This document shows, one piece after another, positions 9,073-17,710 of a DNA stretch of 64,000 nucleotides. The position numbers and the translations under genes were made by a program. The stretch is from positions 596 through 64,595 of IMG/VR virus record IMGVR_UViG_3300042691_027299; one strand, given 5' to 3'. The stretch comes from a virus (taxonomy: Duplodnaviria; Caudoviricetes). The notes beneath the pieces are model-generated. The model saw only the letters and a program-made list of their open reading frames with translations. It was not told the origin of the DNA and ran no database searches. Positions within the stretch are counted from its first letter, which is position 1. Each line of letters opens with the position of its first letter.

Positions 9073-10496
9073 TGGCGCTTGGCCATCGCCCAATCTCATC
9101 GCAGCCGATTGCGGGTCTTGAGAATGCCGCCGCGTCGTCTGTTGGGACGGGCACCGCTTCAGGGTCCGGGTCCGCGAGTGCGGTTGGATTATCCATTGTT
9201 ACGGCGGTTGGCACTGCGGCGGCTTCTGGTGCCGCATCTGCTGTCGGAGCGGCGCTAGGGATTGGTGTTGGCTCTGCGGCTGGATCTGGAACGGCGTCCG
9301 GTGTTGGTGTTGCCGCTGCGATTTCGGTCGGTTCAGCGTCGGGATCTGGAACGGCTTCCGCCGTTGGTCGGTCCAACGCAGCCGGGGCAGGAACGGCCGC
9401 TGGCACAGGCACGGCATCCGGTGTTGGTGCGTCGACTGCACGCTCTGACGGATCGGCCTCGGGCGCTGGCGCTGCGTCGGGCACGGGCGCCTCGACTGCG
9501 CGTGCTGACGGCTCCGCAAACGGTACGGGCACGGCCTCCGCTGTTGGCGCAGCCGCCACCTTAGCGGCCGGATCGGCCGCAGGATCGGGCACCGCTTCTG
9601 GTGTTGGTGCCCCGCTTGCGATCGGCGTTGGCAGTGCTGCCGGCACGAGTTCTGCGTCGGGCGTCTCTGTTGCCGGAGCTTCGGCCGGCACAGCGAGCGG
9701 AACCGGTACGGCCTCGGGTGTTGGTCAGGCCAATGCACTCGCGGCGGGTGCGGCCACAGGCACTGGCACTGCATCGGGTGTCGGCAACGCCAACTTCGCA
9801 GGCGTTGGCAGTGCGTCGGCTACAGGTGCCGCGTCTGGCGTTGGTCGTGCGAACTTCACCGGCACGGGCTCTGCGGCAGGAGCGGGAACGGCTTCGGGTG
9901 TTGGTCGGGCGTCAAGCGCTGGCGTGGGCAGTGCGGCCGGAACCGGCGCAGCAACTGCTACGGGTGCAGCGCTCGCCACGGGCACGGGCTCCGCATCGGG
10001 CACAGGCGCAGCCTCGGGTGTAAGCCTTGCCGGCGGCACTGGCGTTGGCACTGCGGCTGGAACCAGCACGGCCTCGGCCGTTGGGCAATCCACCGCGATT
10101 GCGACAGGACTGGCGCAAGGCTCCGGCTCGGCCGAGGCCACGGGATCTGGATCGAGCAGCCGGCCGCCCAAGGCGGAAACCGGCGGCGCCGTTGTGGGTT
10201 CGGGCCGCTGGCGCCGGGCCGATGATGATACGGTTCACCTGCGGGCACAGGGAACAACCGGCCGGGGCCGAACGCCAGCGGTCTCTATCGAAGTCGGCCC
10301 GCCAAGCGTCGAGCTTGAGGCAGAGTGCGCGGAAGGCCGGGGCGTTACCTCGGATGTTGGTCTTACCCAGATTGTGCCGCTTGGCGTGGTGGCGTCGATC
10401 TCGGCCAAGTCCCGGACGGGTGCCGCCAAGGTGCGCACCGATGACACCATCGAAGTGTTGCGAATCATTGAAATGCTGACAAAGCGGGCAGCATAA
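9072..10496 (+). CDS. Gly/Ala/Ser repeat fibre-like protein
   Basis: About 17 repeats of 20 aa (GSAAGSGTASGVGxxxxxxx). Confidence 0.8.
   Translation: MALGHRPISSQPIAGLENAAASSVGTGTASGSGSASAVGLSIVTAVGTAAASGAASAVGAALGIGVGSAAGSGTASGVGVAAAISVGSASGSGTASAVGRSNAAGAGTAAGTGTASGVGASTARSDGSASGAGAASGTGASTARADGSANGTGTASAVGAAATLAAGSAAGSGTASGVGAPLAIGVGSAAGTSSASGVSVAGASAGTASGTGTASGVGQANALAAGAATGTGTASGVGNANFAGVGSASATGAASGVGRANFTGTGSAAGAGTASGVGRASSAGVGSAAGTGAATATGAALATGTGSASGTGAASGVSLAGGTGVGTAAGTSTASAVGQSTAIATGLAQGSGSAEATGSGSSSRPPKAETGGAVVGSGRWRRADDDTVHLRAQGTTGRGRTPAVSIEVGPPSVELEAECAEGRGVTSDVGLTQIVPLGVVASISAKSRTGAAKVRTDDTIEVLRIIEMLTKRAA
9150..10150 (+). repeat. Degenerate 60-bp coding tandem repeat (~17 units)
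   Basis: 20-aa periodicity read from the translation. Confidence 0.8.
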
Positions 10497-10505
10497 ACAG
10501 TACCC

Positions 10506-10547
10506 CTTGACAACTAAATATGCTAGCTTTCGCCTCGACTGATTTGC
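10506..10547 (+). promoter_or_regulatory. Conserved regulatory block upstream of the tail fibre gene
   Basis: CTTGACA-N11-TA..TTCGC...GACTGATTTGC; same spacing at 62501-62542. Confidence 0.55.
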
Positions 10548-10648
10548 GCAGGACCGACGCTCTGTTTCGTCGATAATCCTCCCGGTCTTCCCCCCTTCCA
10601 TGTCGTGCCGTTGCGTCGCGTTTTGATCAAAACACGCGAGGTCTGCGC

Positions 10649-11827
10649 ATGACTGTTGCCACGACCACCTATGCAGCGTTGGAATATGCTGGGAATAGCG
10701 CCACCACGGCGTTTGCCGTCTCGTGGCCATTCCTGACCGGATCGCTCGTTGTCACGCTGATCGGTGCCGATGGTGTCGAGACCGTCCAAACGATCACCAC
10801 TCATTACACGGTGTCGGGGGGAGGCGCTTCGACGCCGGCCACGGGCACGGTAACGATGCTTACGGCGCCCGCAACAGGAACCACGCTGCGCATTGAGCGC
10901 GTCACGCCGCAGACCCAGTCGACAAGCTGGGGTGCGTTTGATGCTTTCCCACAAGCCACGGTCGAATACAGCTTCGACAAGCTGACGCTCATGGTTCAGG
11001 AACGGGCCACCAAGGCTGAGCTTAACGATGTCGGCGAACTTAGCCTGGCAATTGGCACAGTGACGACGGGTGCGGCCGGCAGCAGCGCCAGCGCCACGTT
11101 GACGGGAGACGCACCGGATTACACGCTGAATCTGACCATCCCGCGTGGCAACACGGGTCTCAGCGGAAATGGGACTGGAGATGTTGTTGGACCCGCTTCG
11201 GCAACTGCCAATGGCATTGTGCTGTTTGACGGGACCACAGGCAAGCTCGTCAAGGACAGCACGTATACGATCACGGCGGCGGGCGCGGCTCTGCTGGACG
11301 ACGCCAACGCGGCGGCGCAACGCACGACGCTCGGCCTGGGCTCACTCGCCACGGCGTCCACGGTTGGCACCAGCGGCATCGATGCGGATGCTGTGACCTA
11401 CGCGAAGCTGCAAAACGTCTCAGCGACCAGTCGCGTGCTGGGGCGCGTGACCTCGGGCGCGGGCGATGTTGAGGAAGTGACGGCAACGCAGGTGCTGGAT
11501 TTTATCAGCAGCACGCAAGGCGCAATCCTTTACCGCAATGCGTCCGCGTGGGTGGCCTTATCGCCGGGCACCAGTGGGCAGTTTCTCAAGACCAACGGAG
11601 CCGGCGCTAATCCGGCATGGGAGACGCAGGCGGGCGGGCAATCCGACACGCGGCTCGGCAGTGAGGCCAGTACGGCAACTACGGTGGATAACACGGACTA
11701 CAGGGTCCCGACCGGCAACGTGATGACGGGCGTGCGCACGGGCACCAGTTTGGTCCTTGGCTTCATCTATTATCGCCCGCTCCAGAAAAATCTCGGAGCC
11801 GGATTTGTGACGGTGAGCCAGCTATGA
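10649..11827 (+). CDS. Tail fibre protein with T7 gp17-like N-terminal anchor
   Basis: YAGNSATTAF...APATGTTLRIERVTP...FDKLTLMVQE anchor; C-terminal YYRPLQK receptor-binding motif. Confidence 0.85.
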   Translation: MTVATTTYAALEYAGNSATTAFAVSWPFLTGSLVVTLIGADGVETVQTITTHYTVSGGGASTPATGTVTMLTAPATGTTLRIERVTPQTQSTSWGAFDAFPQATVEYSFDKLTLMVQERATKAELNDVGELSLAIGTVTTGAAGSSASATLTGDAPDYTLNLTIPRGNTGLSGNGTGDVVGPASATANGIVLFDGTTGKLVKDSTYTITAAGAALLDDANAAAQRTTLGLGSLATASTVGTSGIDADAVTYAKLQNVSATSRVLGRVTSGAGDVEEVTATQVLDFISSTQGAILYRNASAWVALSPGTSGQFLKTNGAGANPAWETQAGGQSDTRLGSEASTATTVDNTDYRVPTGNVMTGVRTGTSLVLGFIYYRPLQKNLGAGFVTVSQL

Positions 11828-12516
11828 TCATCAATCACGGACGATTCGAGCTTTACACCCCCGACCTGCCCGAAGATCATCCGCACGTGCGGGCCAAAGC
11901 GCTGCATCTGCGCAACGCCAAGGGCGTAGACTTTTATTCCATTGCCCACGCCAAGCCCTTGCCGGGCAGCACATTTGCCCAGGTTTTGCGGGGGCGAGTC
12001 AATTCGGTGTCTACGGACCCATCGTCGCTGTTCCCGGTTGATTGCATCCTGATTGAGACGGATCAGCCGGTTGAAGTAGGTTGGACGTATGACGGCGACA
12101 CTCTGGCGCCCTACGTGCCAGCGTTGGACGACGTAAAAGCGCAATTGATCCGGCGTCTCGATGCTGATTCAGAGCGCGTTCGTCAATCCTATCTGACGGC
12201 TGGGGCGGGTCAGATTTTGACCTACCGCGAGAAAGTAGATCAAGCGCTGGCGGTTTTAGATCTTGGTGAGGCGGCGGCTAATGCGTTGTCGGACGCGGAC
12301 TGCATTGCGCAGTTTCCGATGTTGGCCGCGTCTATCGGAATCGAAGCCGACACCCTGCACGCCGCAGCGGTGCTGATCGCCAGTCGAAATGAATCGTGGT
12401 CCTCAATCGGCGGGCTCATTGAGCGCACGCGGTTGCAAGGCAAGCAAGCAATTCGCGCGGCCGCAGACGCAGCCGCAGCGCAGGCAGCTTATGAGGCCGT
12501 GACATGGCCGATGTGA
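11824..12516 (+). CDS. Tail fibre assembly/chaperone protein
   Basis: Follows the fibre gene; GWTYDG motif and C-terminal ..VTWP. Confidence 0.7.
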   Translation: MIINHGRFELYTPDLPEDHPHVRAKALHLRNAKGVDFYSIAHAKPLPGSTFAQVLRGRVNSVSTDPSSLFPVDCILIETDQPVEVGWTYDGDTLAPYVPALDDVKAQLIRRLDADSERVRQSYLTAGAGQILTYREKVDQALAVLDLGEAAANALSDADCIAQFPMLAASIGIEADTLHAAAVLIASRNESWSSIGGLIERTRLQGKQAIRAAADAAAAQAAYEAVTWPM

Positions 12517-12707
12517 GAGCATGGCGACAACGCAAGCCTGGCAGTCACACGCGCGAGATCGTGCAGGAGCGATTGCCGGCGGAACTCATGCAGGCGGTAG
12601 CCGAACTGCATAACGAAGTCACGCAGTTGCAGGCGCGAATGACCCGCATCGAGCAGTTTCTAGAGATGGTCAGTGCTGAGTACCGCAAGCGCGCGGAGGC
12701 TGCATGA
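12513..12707 (+). CDS. Small coiled-coil hypothetical protein
   Basis: Coupled between the chaperone and endolysin genes (start could be 12504). Confidence 0.5.
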   Translation: MRAWRQRKPGSHTREIVQERLPAELMQAVAELHNEVTQLQARMTRIEQFLEMVSAEYRKRAEAA

Positions 12708-13462
12708 CACCGAACAAGATTTCCGACGCCGGCCTGGATTTTATCAAGGGGTTTGAGGGCTACCATCGCGCACTACCAAATGGTGATTGCGTCGCCTACC
12801 GCTGCCCAGCGGGTGTGTTGACGTTGGGCTATGGCTGCACGGTCGGCATCAAACCTGGCATGGTCTGGACGCGACAGCAAGCCGAAGATGCCTTGCGCCG
12901 GGAGATCTCGACGTTCGAGGCGGGCGTGGTGCGCCTGGTCACGGTGCCCATCAACCAAAATGAATACGATGCGCTGGTGTCGTTTGCATATAACTGCGGG
13001 CTCGGCGCGCTCCAAAACTCCACCATCCTGCGCAAACTCAATGCGGGCGATCGGGTTGGCGCGGCGGCGGCGTTCAAAATGTGGACCAAGGGCGGGGGGC
13101 GGGTGTTGCCGGGCCTCGTGCGCCGCCGCGATCAGGAAGCCGCGCTATTCTTGACGCCAATGGTGCCTGCCGAGGATGAGGAGCCGGCCCAGCCCGACAT
13201 GCCACAGGCGGTGGAGCCCGTGCCCGAGCCGCCCAAGGCGGCGACTGTGGCAACCGTTGGCGCGGCCGGCGGTGCATCCATTGGAACGGTCGTCAACAGC
13301 ATCCCCGCCGCTCCCGATCTAAGCGCGGCCGTTGGCTGGCAAGGGTTTGCGCAAACGCTTTCCGGGCTTTCCGGGTTTGTGACCTCGCGACCGCTGTTGG
13401 TGTTGGCCGTGATTGCGATTGTGGTTGGCGTTTGGCTGCTGCCGAAATGGAGGCAAGCATGA
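12704..13462 (+). CDS. Endolysin, GH24 phage lysozyme with C-terminal hydrophobic segments
   Basis: FIKGFEG, AYRCPAGVLTLGYG, DALVSFAYNCG and GLVRRR..E..LF motifs. Confidence 0.92.
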   Translation: MTPNKISDAGLDFIKGFEGYHRALPNGDCVAYRCPAGVLTLGYGCTVGIKPGMVWTRQQAEDALRREISTFEAGVVRLVTVPINQNEYDALVSFAYNCGLGALQNSTILRKLNAGDRVGAAAAFKMWTKGGGRVLPGLVRRRDQEAALFLTPMVPAEDEEPAQPDMPQAVEPVPEPPKAATVATVGAAGGASIGTVVNSIPAAPDLSAAVGWQGFAQTLSGLSGFVTSRPLLVLAVIAIVVGVWLLPKWRQA

Positions 13463-13692
13463 GCGCAGTGTGGGTCTGGATCATCGGGCCAATTGGCCGA
13501 TGGGTGGTGACAGCACTAGGAGTGGCCGGCCTTGTCGCGGCGTTCGCGGCCGATCAACGGGGCAAGGGCGCAGAAAAAGAGCGCGCCAGGATCGAGAAGA
13601 AGGCCGAGCAAAATGTCAAAAAAGCTGATGATGTCCGCGATCGTGTGCGCCGTGACACTGGCGGGATGCGCGACCCCGCCCGTCGTGACTGA
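13459..13692 (+). CDS. Putative i-spanin (Rz-like)
   Basis: N-terminal TM plus coiled coil after the lysozyme; overlapped by a lipoprotein gene. Confidence 0.6.
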   Translation: MSAVWVWIIGPIGRWVVTALGVAGLVAAFAADQRGKGAEKERARIEKKAEQNVKKADDVRDRVRRDTGGMRDPARRD

Positions 13693-13864
13693 CACCGGGA
13701 TCAAATCGTTTAAGCCGATTAACTGGTCGTGCCTCGATACGCCGGAAACGCGCAAGCAGGTGATTGAGCACAACAGCGTGCACGCGACGCTGAGCACGGG
13801 CAAGCCGACGATTTACAAAGACGACTGCAAGGCTCCGACAAAGATCGCGAAGGCGAGCCAATGA
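13613..13864 (+). CDS. Putative o-spanin lipoprotein (Rz1-like)
   Basis: MSKKL...LAGC lipobox; starts inside the previous gene in another frame. Confidence 0.65.
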   Translation: MSKKLMMSAIVCAVTLAGCATPPVVTDTGIKSFKPINWSCLDTPETRKQVIEHNSVHATLSTGKPTIYKDDCKAPTKIAKASQ

Positions 13865-14101
13865 ATGACTGGATTGAACGGGTTGAAGCCGCCATTCTCG
13901 CCGAACGAAATCAGCCGCGAGCACCGCATCACGGTGATCGAGATGAACGCGGAAGCACAACAGAAATCGCTTGGCCAGCACCACGAGCGCATCACGTACC
14001 TAGAGCGGGCAGTACAGGGGTTAATCTACGCGACGGCCTCGTTAGCCGTAATCAAGTCCGACAACCTGGTCGACGCGATTCTCAAAGTGGCGACGAAATG
14101 A
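13865..14101 (+). CDS. Small coiled-coil/TM protein (holin-like, uncertain)
   Basis: RITxxE repeats and a hydrophobic C-terminus at the end of the lysis module. Confidence 0.45.
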   Translation: MTGLNGLKPPFSPNEISREHRITVIEMNAEAQQKSLGQHHERITYLERAVQGLIYATASLAVIKSDNLVDAILKVATK

Positions 14102-14170
14102 AAAGCCGAATGGTGTTCCATTCGCTGTTGGCTGTTGGCATGGTTGTGGCGGCCATGGCGTTCCAGATCG

Positions 14171-14527
14171 TCAGCCGGTTGTAGGTTCGTTGCCGTAGGC
14201 GTTCGGCCCTGGCTGGCCTTTCAGGCAACACATCACGAACAGGACGATGAAGCCTGCCGGCACCAGCAGCAACAACTGCCACCAGCCGGTGCGCCCGGTG
14301 TCGTGCAGGCGCCGGGTGCCGAGGGCGAGGGTAGGGAAGCCTACGATCAAGCCCAAAATGCCATAAGATAGCCGTATGGTTGGCTCGTCAGGCATAACGA
14401 TTGCAATAAGCGACATCGGGATCATTAAGAACAGATGCCACCATAGAAACTCGGCTCGGCTTGAGCGCCCGGCATAGTCGGTGTATCGAGACATAACTGA
14501 GACGATCGATCTGCCAAAGCCGCCCAT
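14171..14527 (-). CDS. DUF805 (YhaH/YhaI-like) membrane protein
   Basis: GRSSRAEFLWW, RRLHDTGRTGWW and GPNAYG motifs. Confidence 0.9.
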   Translation of the reverse strand: MGGFGRSIVSVMSRYTDYAGRSSRAEFLWWHLFLMIPMSLIAIVMPDEPTIRLSYGILGLIVGFPTLALGTRRLHDTGRTGWWQLLLLVPAGFIVLFVMCCLKGQPGPNAYGNEPTTG

Positions 14528-14540
14528 CTGTCATCCCCAC

Positions 14541-14921
14541 TTAATCGTTGTCCCATGTAATGCGGGCGTACTCGGCCCACTTCTCAACAAGCCTCGGCAA
14601 AAGCGGTTCAAATTCGGGCGTCGGGAAGCATGTGCGCGGGCTCGTCCCGTAGGCACATAACCCGGCTGTGCACAGCATCTCGCGGAACATCTTGCCCGCA
14701 AGATCGTCTCGATGAAACGTTCGGTCCCGAACATCCGTCAGAACATCTAGGGCCAATTCGTCAAAGTCGCTGCTATAGGTGCCATACAACGAGGGGAACA
14801 GATCCCAAGGATCGAAGTGCGCCGCGTGGTCGTACATTTCCTCGCCTGCCGGCGGCGCGGGCTTTTCGAGCATACGTGCAACCGCTGCCGCCGCGTCCTT
14901 GTCCTTCTGGAACAGCGTCAC
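14541..14921 (-). CDS. Hypothetical protein
   Basis: GTG start after GGAGG; contains LCAYGTSPR. Confidence 0.65.
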   Translation of the reverse strand: MTLFQKDKDAAAAVARMLEKPAPPAGEEMYDHAAHFDPWDLFPSLYGTYSSDFDELALDVLTDVRDRTFHRDDLAGKMFREMLCTAGLCAYGTSPRTCFPTPEFEPLLPRLVEKWAEYARITWDND

Positions 14922-14935
14922 TGCCAAGCCTCCTT

Positions 14936-15163
14936 TTATGTGTTCGGCTTTGCCGCACCGCGCACCCACAACTCGAAACCCGCTTCCTCTAGCAATCGGC
15001 GCAAGATCAGGCCCCGGTCGATAGCATCACCGACATCACGCCGACCCACGTCACCAGCGGCCAGCGCAATCGCGCCAAGCCTAGAAGCGAGCACGTTATC
15101 CATAGAGGACGTGAGCGCATGACGGTTGCGGGGATCGTGCACACCGAATGCCGGGTTGAGCAT
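14936..15163 (-). CDS. Hypothetical protein
   Basis: AAGGAGG RBS; in the minus-strand array. Confidence 0.6.
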   Translation of the reverse strand: MLNPAFGVHDPRNRHALTSSMDNVLASRLGAIALAAGDVGRRDVGDAIDRGLILRRLLEEAGFELWVRGAAKPNT

Positions 15164-15183
15164 GATTGCCTCCTTGTCTTTGG

Positions 15184-15417
15184 TTAGGCATCGTTCCAGC
15201 GCATAAAGTAGTGCGCTCGGTGCACGCCATCGAACCTTCGCGTACTCCAATACCAATACAGCGTGTCTGCGTACAAAAGCTCTCCCTCCGGCACAGGATA
15301 TCCCAAAAGATGGTCTCTACGGTTCCACGCAAGACACACGTCGAACATGCCGGGATCGCACCAAGACGGACCAATTTTGATCGCGAAGTTGGAACCCTCG
15401 AATAAGATCACCGTCAC
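15184..15417 (-). CDS. Hypothetical protein
   Basis: AAGGAG RBS and GTG start. Confidence 0.55.
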   Translation of the reverse strand: MTVILFEGSNFAIKIGPSWCDPGMFDVCLAWNRRDHLLGYPVPEGELLYADTLYWYWSTRRFDGVHRAHYFMRWNDA

Positions 15418-15424
15418 GTCTCCT

Positions 15425-15595
15425 TTATCGACCAAGCCGCGCGGGGGACACGTCCCAATAAGCGTAATCTCCCGCTGCTGGCAGCATCCATGTGCACCGC
15501 TTCGCGATCGGCCAAGGCAGCGTCAGATAAACGTAATAGGCAACGGCACCTTTGCTCCATGTAAGCCACCCGCGCAAGCCGGTCCATCGTGACAT
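15425..15595 (-). CDS. Small Trp-rich hypothetical protein (56 aa, not in the ORF track)
   Basis: AAGGAGGGAG RBS; MSRWTGLRGWLTW...RLGR*; fills the gap in the array exactly. Confidence 0.55.
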   Translation of the reverse strand: MSRWTGLRGWLTWSKGAVAYYVYLTLPWPIAKRCTWMLPAAGDYAYWDVSPARLGR

Positions 15596-15605
15596 TTCTC
15601 CCTCC

Positions 15606-15863
15606 TTATTTGTTGGCCAGGGCTTCGGCTGCGATCGCCTTGGCCTTCTCGATCGTGATGTTGCCGTGACCGACGATGCGGTGCAGGGCGATCTCTAGCC
15701 GGTCCAGCCGTTCCTCGATGCTCTCATGCTCAATTGCTTCGCGGCACGTCGAACAGTAATCGGACCCAATGTCGCCGCGTTGGAAGTGCCAGCGGGCGGA
15801 ACGCCCACAATTCTGCGATGCGCACTGTCGGTCGCCAAATGGCGTTATCCGCGCCCATTGCAT
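15606..15863 (-). CDS. Zn-finger hypothetical protein
   Basis: CxxxxC...YCxxC; GGAGG RBS. Confidence 0.6.
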   Translation of the reverse strand: MQWARITPFGDRQCASQNCGRSARWHFQRGDIGSDYCSTCREAIEHESIEERLDRLEIALHRIVGHGNITIEKAKAIAAEALANK

Positions 15864-15879
15864 GGTTCCCTCCATGGGT

Positions 15880-16140
15880 TTACTTGTCGGCCTTAGTAAC
15901 AAATACGGGCGCCGGCATTGCGCGCATTGCTCGCGTCAATAGCTCATGCGTATACCGGCTTGCGTCACGATGAACGGACTGCATGACTACTGCGAGATCG
16001 CCGGACAGTTCGGCGGCGTCCCGCTTGTTCAGATCCATCTGTGTCGTCCACTTCTCAACGAACCATTGCATTTTCCGCTGCACGTCTCGCTCGTCTCGCG
16101 CGGCGTCGGATTGTCCCTGCATTGCGTTTGCTGATGTCAC
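15880..16140 (-). CDS. Hypothetical protein
   Basis: RBS; in array. Confidence 0.6.
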   Translation of the reverse strand: MTSANAMQGQSDAARDERDVQRKMQWFVEKWTTQMDLNKRDAAELSGDLAVVMQSVHRDASRYTHELLTRAMRAMPAPVFVTKADK

Positions 16141-16151
16141 TGCGTCTCTCC

Positions 16152-16430
16152 CTAGTTGCGAATCTTCCCGCTAATTCCTAAGAATGCCTCGGCCACCGCC
16201 AGCATTGCCCTAGCGTGCTCAACGGATGCCGGCATCAGCACATAGTCGCCGCGTGTCAACTGCTCTAGCTTGGTCGCTTGCTCGCGACCACGGAAACACA
16301 GCTCGCACAACTCGTGCTCGCCTCCATCCTCGATACACATCTCTCCGCAGTCGACGCATTGATATCTCTGGGCGTCGCAGTGCTCACACGTCCAATCGAT
16401 CCGCTCGGATTGACACCCTTCCACCGTCAC
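16152..16430 (-). CDS. Zn-finger hypothetical protein
   Basis: Three CxxC pairs; AAGGAGG RBS. Confidence 0.6.
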   Translation of the reverse strand: MTVEGCQSERIDWTCEHCDAQRYQCVDCGEMCIEDGGEHELCELCFRGREQATKLEQLTRGDYVLMPASVEHARAMLAVAEAFLGISGKIRN

Positions 16431-16437
16431 TCCTCCT

Positions 16438-16623
16438 TTACTTCTGTTCGTGTTTCTTCTCTGCGGCGTCAGGCACCAACGGCGCGCCCGTTAATCCGAT
16501 CTTCGGAAACTGCGGCGTGTATGTGTCCGGGTCAGACACGTTCGACGCCTCACGCGATCTTGCTTCCGCTTTGGCCCATTCGCGCATTTGGCGGGCACTC
16601 GTTTCGTTCATCCAGACGCCCAT
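16438..16623 (-). CDS. Hypothetical protein
   Basis: AAGGAGGGAG RBS. Confidence 0.55.
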   Translation of the reverse strand: MGVWMNETSARQMREWAKAEARSREASNVSDPDTYTPQFPKIGLTGAPLVPDAAEKKHEQK

Positions 16624-16635
16624 CGCGCTCCCTCC

Positions 16636-16836
16636 TTACTTGTTCATGGCTTGGGCAATGCCGAGCATGCGGCGCGCGGCTGTTCTATACCCACGCGCGA
16701 ATGCCATCTCGCCAAACTGTTTGATGAGTATCAAAGCCATCTCATCGTCGGCGGCTCTGATCTGTCCAAGGTACTGCGTTGCGTAGTTTGATGACTCCGC
16801 ATCGCGCGCGGCTTCCACGTCCGCTTCCGTTGCCAT
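16636..16836 (-). CDS. Hypothetical protein
   Basis: GGAGG RBS before MATEAD. Confidence 0.55.
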   Translation of the reverse strand: MATEADVEAARDAESSNYATQYLGQIRAADDEMALILIKQFGEMAFARGYRTAARRMLGIAQAMNK

Positions 16837-16847
16837 CGTCCCCTCCC

Positions 16848-17156
16848 TCACTTCACACAGAACGCGCGCAGGTCGCGCAGGACTTCGTATTCCTCCGGCG
16901 AGGGCTCGCATGCGTGATCAAGCACGATGCCGGACAGTCGCCGTGCGCGAACTCGCTGGCCGCGATGATCGAGAACGGACGACGAGACAATCTCCAAATC
17001 CTCGCGACCGAGATGGCGCGCCAGATCCTTCGCGTAACTGATCGAGCCGTGCACCGGCCAGATGTAAAGCGCACCCTGCGGCGCTCGCTTCATTTGCGCG
17101 GTCGTGAACCCGTTTCCGCGCTGGCTTTCGTCCTGCTGTCGCACGCGCATTGCCAC
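16848..17156 (-). CDS. Hypothetical protein (possible degenerate P-loop fragment)
   Basis: RGNGFTT and GIVLDH motifs; in array. Confidence 0.55.
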   Translation of the reverse strand: MAMRVRQQDESQRGNGFTTAQMKRAPQGALYIWPVHGSISYAKDLARHLGREDLEIVSSSVLDHRGQRVRARRLSGIVLDHACEPSPEEYEVLRDLRAFCVK

Positions 17157-17443
17157 TCCTATGTTGTGCGCTTTCCAATCGTGAACCGCCGGCCGTTAGT
17201 GGCCGCATCTTCCTCGATGCTCCAAGCATCTGGATACCCAAGAGCGACATCCATATGGCTGACCAAAATGCTCCCGCCAGCAGCGCGGACCATCGCCCAC
17301 ATAAAAATCTCGCGTTCGCGTAAATCTCGGCGCAGGTCGGAGATAATCGCTCCTGCCGTATCGGCGAGCTCGCGCGTATCTTTTTCGTAGTCCTCAAATT
17401 TTATGTCGCCGTGCTGCACCGTCGCCTCCTATGTTGTGCGCTT
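17156..17443. repeat. 18-bp direct repeat CTCCTATGTTGTGCGCTT (17156-17173, 17426-17443)
   Basis: Exact repeat spanning the stop codon and RBS of two consecutive ORFs. Confidence 0.9.
17159..17419 (-). CDS. Hypothetical protein
   Basis: GGAGG RBS; ends KRTT*. Confidence 0.6.
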   Translation of the reverse strand: MQHGDIKFEDYEKDTRELADTAGAIISDLRRDLREREIFMWAMVRAAGGSILVSHMDVALGYPDAWSIEEDAATNGRRFTIGKRTT

Positions 17444-17701
17444 GTTCCAAGCCGCCTCCGCGCTCTTGTGATCTCTCCCGCGAATATGGATGGCCGACGC
17501 CAGCACGGGATAGTTGCCGTTCACGTCGACGCCGCGAGCACAATGGTGGTCGATCTGGACGGTGAAGATCGGCCAGCGCTTCCCGTCCATGCGCGGAGTA
17601 TTGTTCGTCCGGTTTTCACGAACGTCGATGTTTAAGCCTCCGCAGAACGGGCAACACTTAAGCTTCATCGGAACCTCGGTATCCGTCACAATGACCTCCA
17701 C
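17429..17701 (-). CDS. Lar-like restriction-alleviation Zn-ribbon protein
   Basis: LKCCPFCGG...AEAAWNKR motifs. Confidence 0.7.
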   Translation of the reverse strand: MEVIVTDTEVPMKLKCCPFCGGLNIDVRENRTNNTPRMDGKRWPIFTVQIDHHCARGVDVNGNYPVLASAIHIRGRDHKSAEAAWNKRTT

Positions 17702-17710
17702 GTTCCTCTC

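Noticed and set aside
10649-11827. Diversity-generating retroelement or invertible tail-fibre switch
   Set aside because: No reverse transcriptase, template/variable repeat pair or inverted alternative fibre ends seen.
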